A DNA stretch of 64,000 nucleotides, from positions 9,225 through 73,224 of the forward strand of contig JBBDIL010000003.1 of the NCBI GenBank assembly GCA_040880425.1, read 5' to 3'. The number at the start of each line of letters is the position of its first letter. Positions within the stretch are counted from its first letter, which is position 1. The DNA comes from Burkholderiales bacterium. Its GTDB lineage: Bacteria > Pseudomonadota > Gammaproteobacteria > Burkholderiales > Eutrophovitaceae. The position numbers and the translations under genes are program-made. The notes beneath the pieces were generated by a model. That model was not told the origin of the DNA. It saw only the letters and a list, made by a program, of their open reading frames with translations, and searched no databases. Below, one piece after another: positions 19,887-28,467 of the stretch.

Positions 19887-20072
19887 ATGGCAAACGCTGA
19901 CGATACTTCCAATGCCGGTGAGGGAACGGAAAACACAGGTGAAAAGCTGCCTGTGATGCAGCAGTTGCTCGACAACCCGTTTCTCCTGTTGTTCATCGGT
20001 GTGACCATGCCGACGGTCTTTTACATCATCTGGGGTGTGATGGAGATCGTCACCATTCCGATCGCCCAATAG
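19887..20072 (+). CDS. small single-TM protein preceding oxidase subunit II (candidate subunit IIa-like component)
   Basis: 61 aa, acidic N-terminus then one TM (FLLLFIGVTMPTVFYIIWGVMEIV); GGAG upstream; 42 nt before subunit II. Confidence 0.5.
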   Translation: MANADDTSNAGEGTENTGEKLPVMQQLLDNPFLLLFIGVTMPTVFYIIWGVMEIVTIPIAQ

Positions 20073-20114
20073 CGACGGACGCGCAAGCGGAGCGAAATAA
20101 AAGAGAGGCGAACA

Positions 20115-20660
20115 ATGAGTGCAATACTGCCGCCGAGTACCAAGGCCTGGTGGAAGCAGCCGCTGGATCGCGTGGAAGGCACCTGGATAGCGATTGCCTT
20201 CATTTGGTGCCTGATCATGTTTTTCATGATGCCGTACTGGCATGTTTTCGGAAAACAGAATCTTTCCAACGAGGCCTACCGGGTCACGCCGGAGTACTTC
20301 AGCCAGAAGACGCAGGAAATGGTCGATCAGTACACAGTCCGCACCGAGACTGATCTCCAGACACCGGTGGTACGGCCGCCCGCGGGATCCGACGTTTATC
20401 TCATTGCCCGCCTCTGGTCCTGGTGGCCGATCCTTGAACTGGAGAAGGGGCAGAGCTATCGCCTGCATCTTTCTTCCATGGACTATGTCCACTCGTTCTC
20501 CCTGCAGCCGGAGAACATGAACATCCAGGTGTTTCCCGGCTACATGGGCGTCTACACGATCACGCCAACGCGGGCAGGTACCTATTCGATCGTGTGCAAC
20601 GAGTTCTGCGGCATCGGGCACCACACGATGGTGTCGAATCTTTACGTGGTCGAGAGATAA
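20115..20660 (+). CDS. haem-copper oxidase subunit II, single-TM CuA type (B-family-like)
   Basis: One N-terminal TM; CuA motif 'CNEFCGIGHHTM' with upstream His (YVHSFSL). Confidence 0.85.
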   Translation: MSAILPPSTKAWWKQPLDRVEGTWIAIAFIWCLIMFFMMPYWHVFGKQNLSNEAYRVTPEYFSQKTQEMVDQYTVRTETDLQTPVVRPPAGSDVYLIARLWSWWPILELEKGQSYRLHLSSMDYVHSFSLQPENMNIQVFPGYMGVYTITPTRAGTYSIVCNEFCGIGHHTMVSNLYVVER

Positions 20661-20673
20661 GGGAGACCGGGCA

Positions 20674-22386
20674 ATGAACAACGCTGCAAGTTACCGCATC
20701 TGTCCGGATACCGGATTGCAGTTTCACAAGTCCGCGGAACTGCTGATGAAGGCGAACGCCGTCGCAGGGGTGCTTGCGCTGCTTGTCGGTGGCATTCTTG
20801 CGCTGCTGGTAACGCTGACGCGCTGGCCCGCGGTGCGGCTGCTGCCCGCAGACCAGTTCTACCTGGTTCTGACTGCGCACGGCATCGACATGCTGATCTT
20901 CTGGATCATCTTCTTCGAGATGGCGGTCCTGTACTTCTGCTCGTCGACCCTGCTGCGCAGCCGGCTTGCCACCCCGCGCATCGCCTGGGCGGGATTCTCG
21001 CTGATGGTGATCGGCGCGATCGTCACCAACGTCGCGATCTTCCAGGGGGGATCGAGCGTGATGATGACCTCGTATGTACCGATGCCGGCAGCGCCGCATT
21101 TCTATCTCGGGCTGATCCTGTTTGCGGTCGGTGCGCTGATTGGATGCTTCGTGTTCCTCGGCACGCTGGTGGTCGCCCGCGCGGAACGCACGTACGAGGG
21201 CTCGGTACCGCTGGTGACCTTTGGCGCGCTCACCGCCGCGATCATCGCGATATTCACGATTGCGTCCGGCGCGATCATTTTGATCCCGACTTTTCTGTGG
21301 TCGGTTGGTTACATCAACCAGATTGATCCCCTGATGTACAAGACCGTGTGGTGGGCGTTCGGCCACTCTTCGCAGCAGATCAACGTTTCTGCGCACGTGG
21401 CGGTGTGGTACGCGATCGCGGCGATCGTATTCGGCGCCAAGCCCATGTCCGAGAAGGTGAGCCGCGGGGCGTTCCTGCTGTACATCCTTTTCCTGCAGCT
21501 GGCGAGCGCGCACCATCTGCTGGCCGATCCGGGCATCAGTTCCGAATGGAAGATATTCAATACCAGCTACGCCATGTATCTCGCGGTATTGGCGAGCATG
21601 GTGCACGGGCTGACCGTGCCGGGATCGATCGAAGTCGCCCAGCGGGAGAAAGGCCTGAACCGCGGTCTGTTCGAGTGGATCCGTAAAGCACCATGGGGAA
21701 ATCCGGTGTTCTCGGGGATGTTCATTTCACTCATCGGTTTCGGTTTTCTCGGCGGCATCTCCGGCGTGATGATGGGCACAGAGCAGCTCAACATCATCAT
21801 CCACAACACCATCTACGTGCCGGGGCATTTCCACGCGACCGTGGTGGTGGGCACCACGCTCGCCTTCATGGCGTTGACCTACTTTCTTATTCCGACGCTG
21901 TTCCGGCGGGAGATGATCATGCCCGGGCTGGCGAAGTGGCAGCCCTACCTGTTCGGAATCGGGATGTCGCTGTTCTCGCTGTTCATGATGGGCGCGGGCA
22001 CGCTCGGCGTCTCGCGCCGGCACTGGGACATGGCGTTCAGCGGCGCGCAAATGCCGTACGAGTATCCCGGCACCGCCTACCTGATGATGGGGTTGATGGC
22101 GCTGGCGGGTATCGCCGCCACCGTCGGTGGCGTGATCTACCTGCTGGTGACTGTCGGCTCGCTGCTCTGGGGCCGGAGGCTGGACGCGAAGGACACCTAT
22201 ACCGCGAAACTCGTGCCGCATCGACTGCCGCCGGTCGCAGCCGCGATCGAGGGCCATGGCGGCCTCGGCATCAAGGGGTTCGCCGCACCGGGTACGTTCG
22301 TATTCGCGATGGTGTTCCTTGCGGCGTTCGTCCTGTACTACTTCGTGAACTGGAAGTACCTGTCGGAAATCTGGTACATCGGGTGA
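20674..22386 (+). CDS. haem-copper oxidase subunit I, B-family-like but lacking the HPxVY cross-link tyrosine (possible NO reductase of the B-derived NOR clades)
   Basis: Collinear with ba3 subunit I as recalled (DPLMYKTVWWAFGH..., LASAHHLLADPGISSEWK, LFEWIRKAPWGNP, HNTIYVPGHFHATV); the ba3 'GHPIVY' position reads 'GHSSQQ'. Confidence 0.8.
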   Translation: MNNAASYRICPDTGLQFHKSAELLMKANAVAGVLALLVGGILALLVTLTRWPAVRLLPADQFYLVLTAHGIDMLIFWIIFFEMAVLYFCSSTLLRSRLATPRIAWAGFSLMVIGAIVTNVAIFQGGSSVMMTSYVPMPAAPHFYLGLILFAVGALIGCFVFLGTLVVARAERTYEGSVPLVTFGALTAAIIAIFTIASGAIILIPTFLWSVGYINQIDPLMYKTVWWAFGHSSQQINVSAHVAVWYAIAAIVFGAKPMSEKVSRGAFLLYILFLQLASAHHLLADPGISSEWKIFNTSYAMYLAVLASMVHGLTVPGSIEVAQREKGLNRGLFEWIRKAPWGNPVFSGMFISLIGFGFLGGISGVMMGTEQLNIIIHNTIYVPGHFHATVVVGTTLAFMALTYFLIPTLFRREMIMPGLAKWQPYLFGIGMSLFSLFMMGAGTLGVSRRHWDMAFSGAQMPYEYPGTAYLMMGLMALAGIAATVGGVIYLLVTVGSLLWGRRLDAKDTYTAKLVPHRLPPVAAAIEGHGGLGIKGFAAPGTFVFAMVFLAAFVLYYFVNWKYLSEIWYIG

Positions 22387-22390
22387 ACAC

Positions 22391-23320
22391 ATGCGCAGCC
22401 CAAACTGCGTGACTGAGATGCAGCGCCAGGAGGTGCGCGGCCCGCGGACAAAGCTCGCCGAGGATGTGCGCGCCGTCACGGGTCTGTTCAAGATGCGCAT
22501 CGGCGTCGTCATCACCTGGACTGCGCTGGCCGCGGCCGCGACGACGCCGGGACAAGGACTCCCGGCATGGAAGTTCGCCGTACTCGCGTTCTCGGTGTTC
22601 ATCGCCTCGGCTGCCGCGGGCGCACTCAACCAGTATCTCGAGCGCGACATAGACGCGCGGATGTCACGCACCCGCAACCGTCCGTTCGTCACCGGCGCCG
22701 CGGCCCACGACGGGCGCTGGGTCTGGCTGATCATGGCGCTGACGGCCGGCGCGGTGCTGGCGGCCGCGTACTCCATCAACATGCTGACTGCGCTGTACGT
22801 GTTTCTGGGAGCGTTCTTCTACGCCGTGGTGTACACGGCGTGGCTGAAACGGCGCACCTGGATGAACATCGTGATCGGCGGACTGGCCGGCAGCTTCGCC
22901 GTGCTCGCCGGCGCAGCTGCAGTAGCGCCAGGGCTGCCGATGCAGGCGCTGATCCTGGCGATCGTGCTGTTCCTGTGGACGCCGTCGCACTTCTGGAGTC
23001 TGGCAATCGCCTACCGGGAAGATTATCTGGCGGCAAAGGTGCCGATGCTGCCGGTGGTGATCGGCAACGCCCGCACCGCGCGCGTCATCCTCGCGAACAC
23101 GGTGGTCCTTGTGGCGGTGTCCCTGCTGCCGGTGTTCTACGGCAGTGGCTGGATCTACCTTGCCGGCGCCGCGGCCGGCGGCGCCTGGTTCATCCTGCGC
23201 AATATCGACCTGGTACGCCGGCCGGACGACAGGCGCACGGCAATGAGAAGTTTCTTCGCGTCGCTGGTGCAGCTCTCGCTGCTGCTCGCCGCGGCGATGA
23301 TCGACGCGGCCCTGCTTTGA
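22391..23320 (+). CDS. ctaB: protohaem IX farnesyltransferase (haem O synthase)
   Basis: UbiA-family; 'NQYLERDIDARMSRTRNRP' motif, about 8-9 TM; start may be the internal Met at 22418. Confidence 0.85.
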   Translation: MRSPNCVTEMQRQEVRGPRTKLAEDVRAVTGLFKMRIGVVITWTALAAAATTPGQGLPAWKFAVLAFSVFIASAAAGALNQYLERDIDARMSRTRNRPFVTGAAAHDGRWVWLIMALTAGAVLAAAYSINMLTALYVFLGAFFYAVVYTAWLKRRTWMNIVIGGLAGSFAVLAGAAAVAPGLPMQALILAIVLFLWTPSHFWSLAIAYREDYLAAKVPMLPVVIGNARTARVILANTVVLVAVSLLPVFYGSGWIYLAGAAAGGAWFILRNIDLVRRPDDRRTAMRSFFASLVQLSLLLAAAMIDAALL

Positions 23321-23403
23321 AGGTGCACGTTTCGGCCGCGGAAAATGCAGATTGAGGCGGGAGCAGGGTTTTCCCGCTCTCTGCGGTGCGAGTGTGGAAC
23401 GAA

Positions 23404-24219
23404 ATGACTCGAATACGTTTCCGGTGCCTGCGATGGTTCGCTGCGACCGTGGCAGCCGTCTCGTCGCTCGGCCTCATGGCAGCGACCAGCGTGCAGCCGG
23501 ATGAAACGGCCGCGCTCGAGTTCAGCCAGGGCGTCCTCGGCAAGAGGGTGCCCGACTACGCGTTTGCGACGCATGCCGGAGAATCGCGTCGTCTGCGCGA
23601 CTACCGCGGCAAACCGCTGCTGGTGACATTCGTCTATACAGCGTGTTTCCAGGCCTGCCCGGTCGGAGTGAAATTCCTCGACCAGGCCGTGGCCCAGGCG
23701 CACAAGGTGATCGGCGCAGACCGGTTTTCCGTCGCGGTCATCGGCTTCAATCAGCCTTTCGATACGCCTGAGGCAATGCGCGCGTTCGCCGTGCGTCACG
23801 GCCTGGTTGATTCCGGGTGGGATTTCGTGAGCCCCGATGCCGGATCGGTGCAGGCGTTGACGGATGATTTCGGTTTCAGCTGGTACGCGACGCCGAAAGG
23901 GTTCGATCACATCGCGCAGGTTACGCTGCTCGATGCAGAAGGGCGCGTGTATCGGCAGATCTACGGCGAGACCTTCGAGGCGCGTGAGCTGATCGAACCC
24001 ATGAGGCAGCTCATCGCCGGGACGCCCGCCCCTGCGGGAGACTGGCGTGCATTCGTCGACAAGGTGCGCCTGTTGTGCACCGTGTACGATCGCTCCAGCG
24101 GTCGCTACCGGCTCGATTATTCTCTGTTCCTGGGTATCGCGATCGGCCTGGGCATTCTCGGTGCCGTGGTCGCCAGCCTGGTGCACGAGTGGCGGCGCAA
24201 CCGGCGTCCGGCGGTCTGA
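23404..24219 (+). CDS. SCO/SenC-family copper chaperone with C-terminal TM extension
   Basis: Thioredoxin fold with 'YTACFQACP' CxxxC and downstream His (FDHIAQV); extra C-terminal TM (LFLGIAIGLGILGAVVASLV); track ORF starts at GTG 23386. Confidence 0.75.
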   Translation: MTRIRFRCLRWFAATVAAVSSLGLMAATSVQPDETAALEFSQGVLGKRVPDYAFATHAGESRRLRDYRGKPLLVTFVYTACFQACPVGVKFLDQAVAQAHKVIGADRFSVAVIGFNQPFDTPEAMRAFAVRHGLVDSGWDFVSPDAGSVQALTDDFGFSWYATPKGFDHIAQVTLLDAEGRVYRQIYGETFEARELIEPMRQLIAGTPAPAGDWRAFVDKVRLLCTVYDRSSGRYRLDYSLFLGIAIGLGILGAVVASLVHEWRRNRRPAV

Positions 24220-24309
24220 CGCGAATCACGCTGCGCAGAAAATATCCGCGTTGCGCGCGCGGCAATGCTTCGCGACTGAGCTTCACCCCGATTCCGGATC
24301 ATAGGGTGC

Positions 24310-24323
24310 TTGATGCGCATCAA
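24310..24323. promoter_or_regulatory. FNR/Dnr-type box TTGATGCGCATCAA upstream of the cytochrome b fusion / HCO-like module
   Basis: Perfect palindrome; about 134 bp upstream of the proposed GTG 24451. Confidence 0.6.
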
Positions 24324-24450
24324 TGCACCTCCCGCGCCCCATGGAGGAGCATGCTTGGGTGAGCGTGCCGGTTTTCCCCGGTGCGCAGGACATCGGGGCG
24401 AGGATGACGGCGGCAACCATCGGGACCTGGCTTATCGTGCGGAGCGCGCG

Positions 24451-26325
24451 GTGATCGCGCCTCTGCAGCGCGGCGGGCAATGGCTGTTCATGCGCGTCGA
24501 GGGCGGATTCAATCTGTTCTTCGGGCAGGCGCTCAACCCGCTCTACCACCTGGGCGCAATCACCTTCCTGCTTTTCTGGATTGCGCTTGCGAGCGGTATC
24601 TATCTATACGTGTTCTTCGACACCAGCGTAACGGGGGCGTATGACTCGGTGGCGCGCCTGACGCACGGTCAGTGGTATCTGGGCGGCGTCATGCGCAGCC
24701 TGCATCGCTATGCATCCGACGGCATGGTCATCACCATGCTGTTGCACATGGTGCGGTATTTCGTTTTCGATCGTTACCGGAACTTCCGCTGGTTCTCCTG
24801 GGTGACCGGGGTGATTCTGCTTTGGCTGGTATACGCTTCCGGCATCAACGGCTACATGCTGCCGTGGGACCGTCTCGCCCAGTTCGTGGCGACCGCAACT
24901 GCGGAGTGGATCGACTGGTTCCCCATGTTCGCGGGCGCGCTTGCTCGCAACTTCAGCTTCGAGGGATCGGTGAACGACCGGCTCTTCTCTCTGCTGGCAT
25001 TCCTGCACATCGGTATCCCGCTCGGCCTGTTGATCGCAATGTGGGTGCACACCCAGCGCGTGCCCGGCGCCAGGAGCAGTCCGCCGCCGGCGATCGCGGC
25101 GATGACCGGCGTCGCGCTGCTGGTGCTCGCGGCGGTGAAGCCGGCGGTCAGCCAGGGGCGCGCGGATCTCTCCACCGCAGTCGCGGCGGTCGGGCTCGAC
25201 TGGTTCTACCTCCCACTCTATCCGTTGATCTACGCATGGTCGCCGCGCGATGTCTGGGCGCTGGCGCTGGGCGCAACCTTGCTGCTGTTCGCGATCCCCT
25301 GGCTTGGACGCCGGCGGCGCGAGCGGCTGGCGGAGTTCAAGGCGACTTTCCGTCCGGGCAATCTTTCTGCCCCGGTGCGTGCCGGAGAGACGCTGCTGGA
25401 AGCCGGACTGCGCCAGGGCATACCGCTGCCTTACGACTGCCGCAACGGCGGCTGCGGCGTGTGCAAGGCGGATCTGCTGCAGGGCGCCGTGGACTACGGC
25501 GTGTACCAGAAGACGGCGCTATCCGACGAGGAGAAGGAAGATGGCAGTCTGCTGCTGTGTTGCGCTACCCCGCTATCGGATGTGGACATCGAACTGGAGA
25601 CATCGCGCGAGCACACCGCCACGGTGGTGGACATGCAGCAGCTTGCGCCGGATGTCATGCTGCTCAGGCTAAGGCCCAACAGGCCGGTTTCGTACGTGGC
25701 AGGTCAGTACATCAACATCGTGCTGGAGAACGGCGATACCCGCAGCTTTTCCTTTGCGACCGCGCCTGGCGCGGGTGAACTGATCGAACTGCATGTGCGC
25801 CTGATTCCGGGCGGCAGGTTTACCACGCATGTCTTCACGCGCATGTGCGAAGGCGACCGGCTGCGTTTCCGCGGGCCGTTTGGCGCTTTCACGTTGCAGG
25901 AGGACAGTCCGAGACCGATTATCTTTGTGGCGGGCGCTACCGGATTTGCGCCGGTGAAGAGCATGCTCGAGTACGCGTTCGAGCATGGCATCCGCCGCCC
26001 CATGGTGCTGTACTGGGGTGTGCGCTCGCGTAAAGACCTGTACATGGCGGAAATGCCGGAGTGCTGGGCGCGCGAGCACCAGAATTTCAGCTTTGTGCCG
26101 GTGCTGTCCGAACCGCAGCCGGAAGATGAGTGGACCGGAAGGACCGGCATGGTGCACGAAGCAATACTCGAGGACTTCCCTACGTTGCAGGGCTACGAGC
26201 TGTACGCCTGCGGGTCGATGCAGATGGTGGAGTCCGCGCATCCGGAGTTCATCGCGCAGGGGCTGTCCGAGGATGCCTGTTTCTCCGATGCCTTCACCCA
26301 CGCAGCGCAGGGATCACCGGCATGA
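24451..26325 (+). CDS. fusion protein: di-haem cytochrome b (bc1/b6 N-terminal type) + plant-type [2Fe-2S] ferredoxin + FNR-like FAD/NAD(P)H reductase
   Basis: His pairs 14 residues apart in two helices (SLHRYASDGMVITMLLH; FLHIGIPLGLLIAMWVH), 'NGYMLPWD'; 'CRNGGCGVCK...LLCC'; 'RSFSFA', 'GPFG', 'GATGFAPVKSM'. Start moved to GTG 24451 (GGAG upstream; N-terminus aligns with the paralog; an FNR box sits at the track start 24310). Confidence 0.8.
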   Translation: MIAPLQRGGQWLFMRVEGGFNLFFGQALNPLYHLGAITFLLFWIALASGIYLYVFFDTSVTGAYDSVARLTHGQWYLGGVMRSLHRYASDGMVITMLLHMVRYFVFDRYRNFRWFSWVTGVILLWLVYASGINGYMLPWDRLAQFVATATAEWIDWFPMFAGALARNFSFEGSVNDRLFSLLAFLHIGIPLGLLIAMWVHTQRVPGARSSPPPAIAAMTGVALLVLAAVKPAVSQGRADLSTAVAAVGLDWFYLPLYPLIYAWSPRDVWALALGATLLLFAIPWLGRRRRERLAEFKATFRPGNLSAPVRAGETLLEAGLRQGIPLPYDCRNGGCGVCKADLLQGAVDYGVYQKTALSDEEKEDGSLLLCCATPLSDVDIELETSREHTATVVDMQQLAPDVMLLRLRPNRPVSYVAGQYINIVLENGDTRSFSFATAPGAGELIELHVRLIPGGRFTTHVFTRMCEGDRLRFRGPFGAFTLQEDSPRPIIFVAGATGFAPVKSMLEYAFEHGIRRPMVLYWGVRSRKDLYMAEMPECWAREHQNFSFVPVLSEPQPEDEWTGRTGMVHEAILEDFPTLQGYELYACGSMQMVESAHPEFIAQGLSEDACFSDAFTHAAQGSPA

Positions 26326-26873
26326 ACACGCGAGCCGCATCCAGCGTGACCGTGCGCTACATTGGCCAGGCGCTGCTGTATGGACTGTTTGTCACGGCCA
26401 TCGGCTATTTTTCGACTTCGCCGGAGTACACGCATCTTCGGCCGCGAGAGGCGCTGATGAAGGTCTCCTTCACGCATGCCGCACAGCGGGTCGGAGATTG
26501 CCGCATGCGCACCGATGAGGAACTCGCTCGCATGCCGCCGAACATGCGCATCCGTGAAGACTGCCCGCGCGAGCGCGCGCCGGTGACGATCGAGGTCGCT
26601 CTGGACGGACAGATGCACTTCCGCGAAGTGCTTAACCCGACCGGTTTGGCGCGCGACGGCGCGGCCTCCATGTACCGTCGCATCGTCGTCCCTGCCGGCG
26701 AGCACCATGTTGCGGCACGCCTGTCCGACCGGCGCGATGGCGCGTTCAATCATGCGAAAGAGCAGACCATTCTGCTTGCTCCGGCCGATATCCTGGTGAT
26801 TGAGTTCCATGCAACCGCCGGCGGTTTCGATTTCCTTTATCCGCTCAGGGAGGCGCAGCTTGATCGAGATTAA
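26322..26873 (+). CDS. hypothetical membrane-anchored protein (one N-terminal TM plus about 140-aa soluble domain)
   Basis: ATG 26322 overlaps the upstream stop (ATGA); TM 'IGQALLYGLFVTAIGYF'; no recognisable cofactor motif. Confidence 0.55.
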   Translation: MNTRAASSVTVRYIGQALLYGLFVTAIGYFSTSPEYTHLRPREALMKVSFTHAAQRVGDCRMRTDEELARMPPNMRIREDCPRERAPVTIEVALDGQMHFREVLNPTGLARDGAASMYRRIVVPAGEHHVAARLSDRRDGAFNHAKEQTILLAPADILVIEFHATAGGFDFLYPLREAQLDRD

Positions 26874-26930
26874 GTTTCCAGCTGTGTACCCCCTGTAGGA
26901 TGGTTTCAATGTCGGGTGGTGAACTCAATC

Positions 26931-28451
26931 ATGCTCTCGGGCATCCGGGTCTCTTTGCTGCACGGCTGGCGCGCGCTCGAGACGACGTTCGATCGAGCGT
27001 TTGGCGCACGCGACAATCCGCTGCGCCACCTGGGCGCTCTGGGTTTCTACTTCTTCTGGGTAGCGGCGGCGAGCGGGATCTACCTGTATGTGTTTTTCGA
27101 TACCAGCGTCGCCGGTGCGTACCGCAGTGTGGAGGCGCTGAGGCACCAGCCGTGGCTGATCGGCAGCGTCGCGCGCAGCCTGCATCGCTATGCTTCCGAC
27201 GGCTTCGTGGCGGTGATGTTTCTCCATCTCGTGAAGGAAACGCTGGCCGCCCACTACCGCGGATTCCGTCTGTTCTCGTGGCTTACCGGTGTGCCGCTGA
27301 TCTGGCTGGTATACGTGTCCGGAATCGGTGGCTACTGGCTGGTATGGGACCGCGTTGCGCAGTTTTCCGCTGCCGCGACGATGGAATGGCTCGACTGGCT
27401 GCCGCTTTTCGGCGAACCGCTTGCGAGAAATTTTCTGCATGCCGGCAGCGTGAGCGACCGCTTTTTCTCGTTGCTTGTGTTCGTGCACATTGGCGTGCCG
27501 CTGCTGCTGCTGCTCGGCATGTGGGTGCATATCCAGCGCGTGAGCCTGGCCGACACCGCGCCGCCGCGCCGGTTGGGCTGGGGCGTGGCTGTCGCGCTGC
27601 TCGCGCTTTCACTGCTGAAACCGGCGCTCAGCGCGCCGCCCGCCCATCTCGATACCGAACCGGCGCGCGTCGCGCTCGACTGGTTCTATCTGTTCGTGCA
27701 TCCGCTGGCCTACCGGACATCCGCCGGGTTCGCCTGGGCGCTGGTGTTCGGTGCGACCCTGTTGCTCGCCGCCGCGCCGTTGTTGTCACGCGCGCGGCCC
27801 GAACCAGTGGCGAAAGTCGATCCGGAAAACTGCAACGGCTGCGGCCGCTGCGTGGCCGATTGTCCGTACGCCGCGGTACAGCTGGTGCCGCATTCGTTGA
27901 AAGGGAAGTACCGTATGCAGGCGCAGGTCGACCCGGACCTGTGCGCAGCCTGCGGCATCTGCGCCGGCGCCTGTCCGTCCTCGACACCGTTTCGCCGGAT
28001 GGAGACGCTGGTGAGCGGTATCGACATGCCTTTGCTGCCGATCGGCGTGTTACGGGGACGGCTCGATTCTGCGCTTTCCCGGCTCGTCAGCAGACCGCGC
28101 GTGGTGATTTTCGGCTGCGAATGCGCGGCGGACGTAAACACGCTTGCGGCGCCGGGCGTTGCAAGTTTCAGCCTGCCGTGTATCGGCAACCTGCCGCCTT
28201 CGTTTGTCGAGTACGCGCTGCGCAACGGCGCGGACCGCGTGCTGGTGACTGGCTGCCGCGAGGGCGACTGCGCGTACCGGTTCGGCAATCGGTGGATCGA
28301 GCAGCGATTCTCAGGGGAGCGCGAACCTCATTTGCGCCGGCATGTGGCGCGCGAGCGCGTGCGCATCGCCTGGGCGAACGCCGGCGACGAGGAACGGCTG
28401 CGTGCTCAACTGACGGAATTCTGCGAGCCCCGGGCGCGGCGTTTGTCGTGA
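26931..28451 (+). CDS. fusion protein: di-haem cytochrome b + 2x[4Fe-4S] ferredoxin + MvhD/FlpD-like domain
   Basis: Paralogous cyt b domain (SLHRYASDGFVAVMFLH; FVHIGVPLLLLLGMWVH; GGYWLVWD); 'CNGCGRCVADCP' and 'CAACGICAGACP'; 'VVIFGCECAAD...LPCIGNLPPSFVEYALRNGADRVLVTGCREGDCAYRFGNRW' FlpD/MvhD pattern; alternative GTG start 26916. Confidence 0.8.
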   Translation: MLSGIRVSLLHGWRALETTFDRAFGARDNPLRHLGALGFYFFWVAAASGIYLYVFFDTSVAGAYRSVEALRHQPWLIGSVARSLHRYASDGFVAVMFLHLVKETLAAHYRGFRLFSWLTGVPLIWLVYVSGIGGYWLVWDRVAQFSAAATMEWLDWLPLFGEPLARNFLHAGSVSDRFFSLLVFVHIGVPLLLLLGMWVHIQRVSLADTAPPRRLGWGVAVALLALSLLKPALSAPPAHLDTEPARVALDWFYLFVHPLAYRTSAGFAWALVFGATLLLAAAPLLSRARPEPVAKVDPENCNGCGRCVADCPYAAVQLVPHSLKGKYRMQAQVDPDLCAACGICAGACPSSTPFRRMETLVSGIDMPLLPIGVLRGRLDSALSRLVSRPRVVIFGCECAADVNTLAAPGVASFSLPCIGNLPPSFVEYALRNGADRVLVTGCREGDCAYRFGNRWIEQRFSGEREPHLRRHVARERVRIAWANAGDEERLRAQLTEFCEPRARRLS

Positions 28452-28467
28452 GAGGGGGAGTCAATCC

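Noticed and set aside
24310-24450. Track start (TTG 24310 / ATG 24313) for the cyt b-Fd-FNR gene
   Set aside because: The first 47 codons are Gly/Arg/Ala-rich with no counterpart in the paralog. The start codon lies inside the perfect FNR box. GTG 24451 with an upstream GGAG gives an N-terminus collinear with the paralog.
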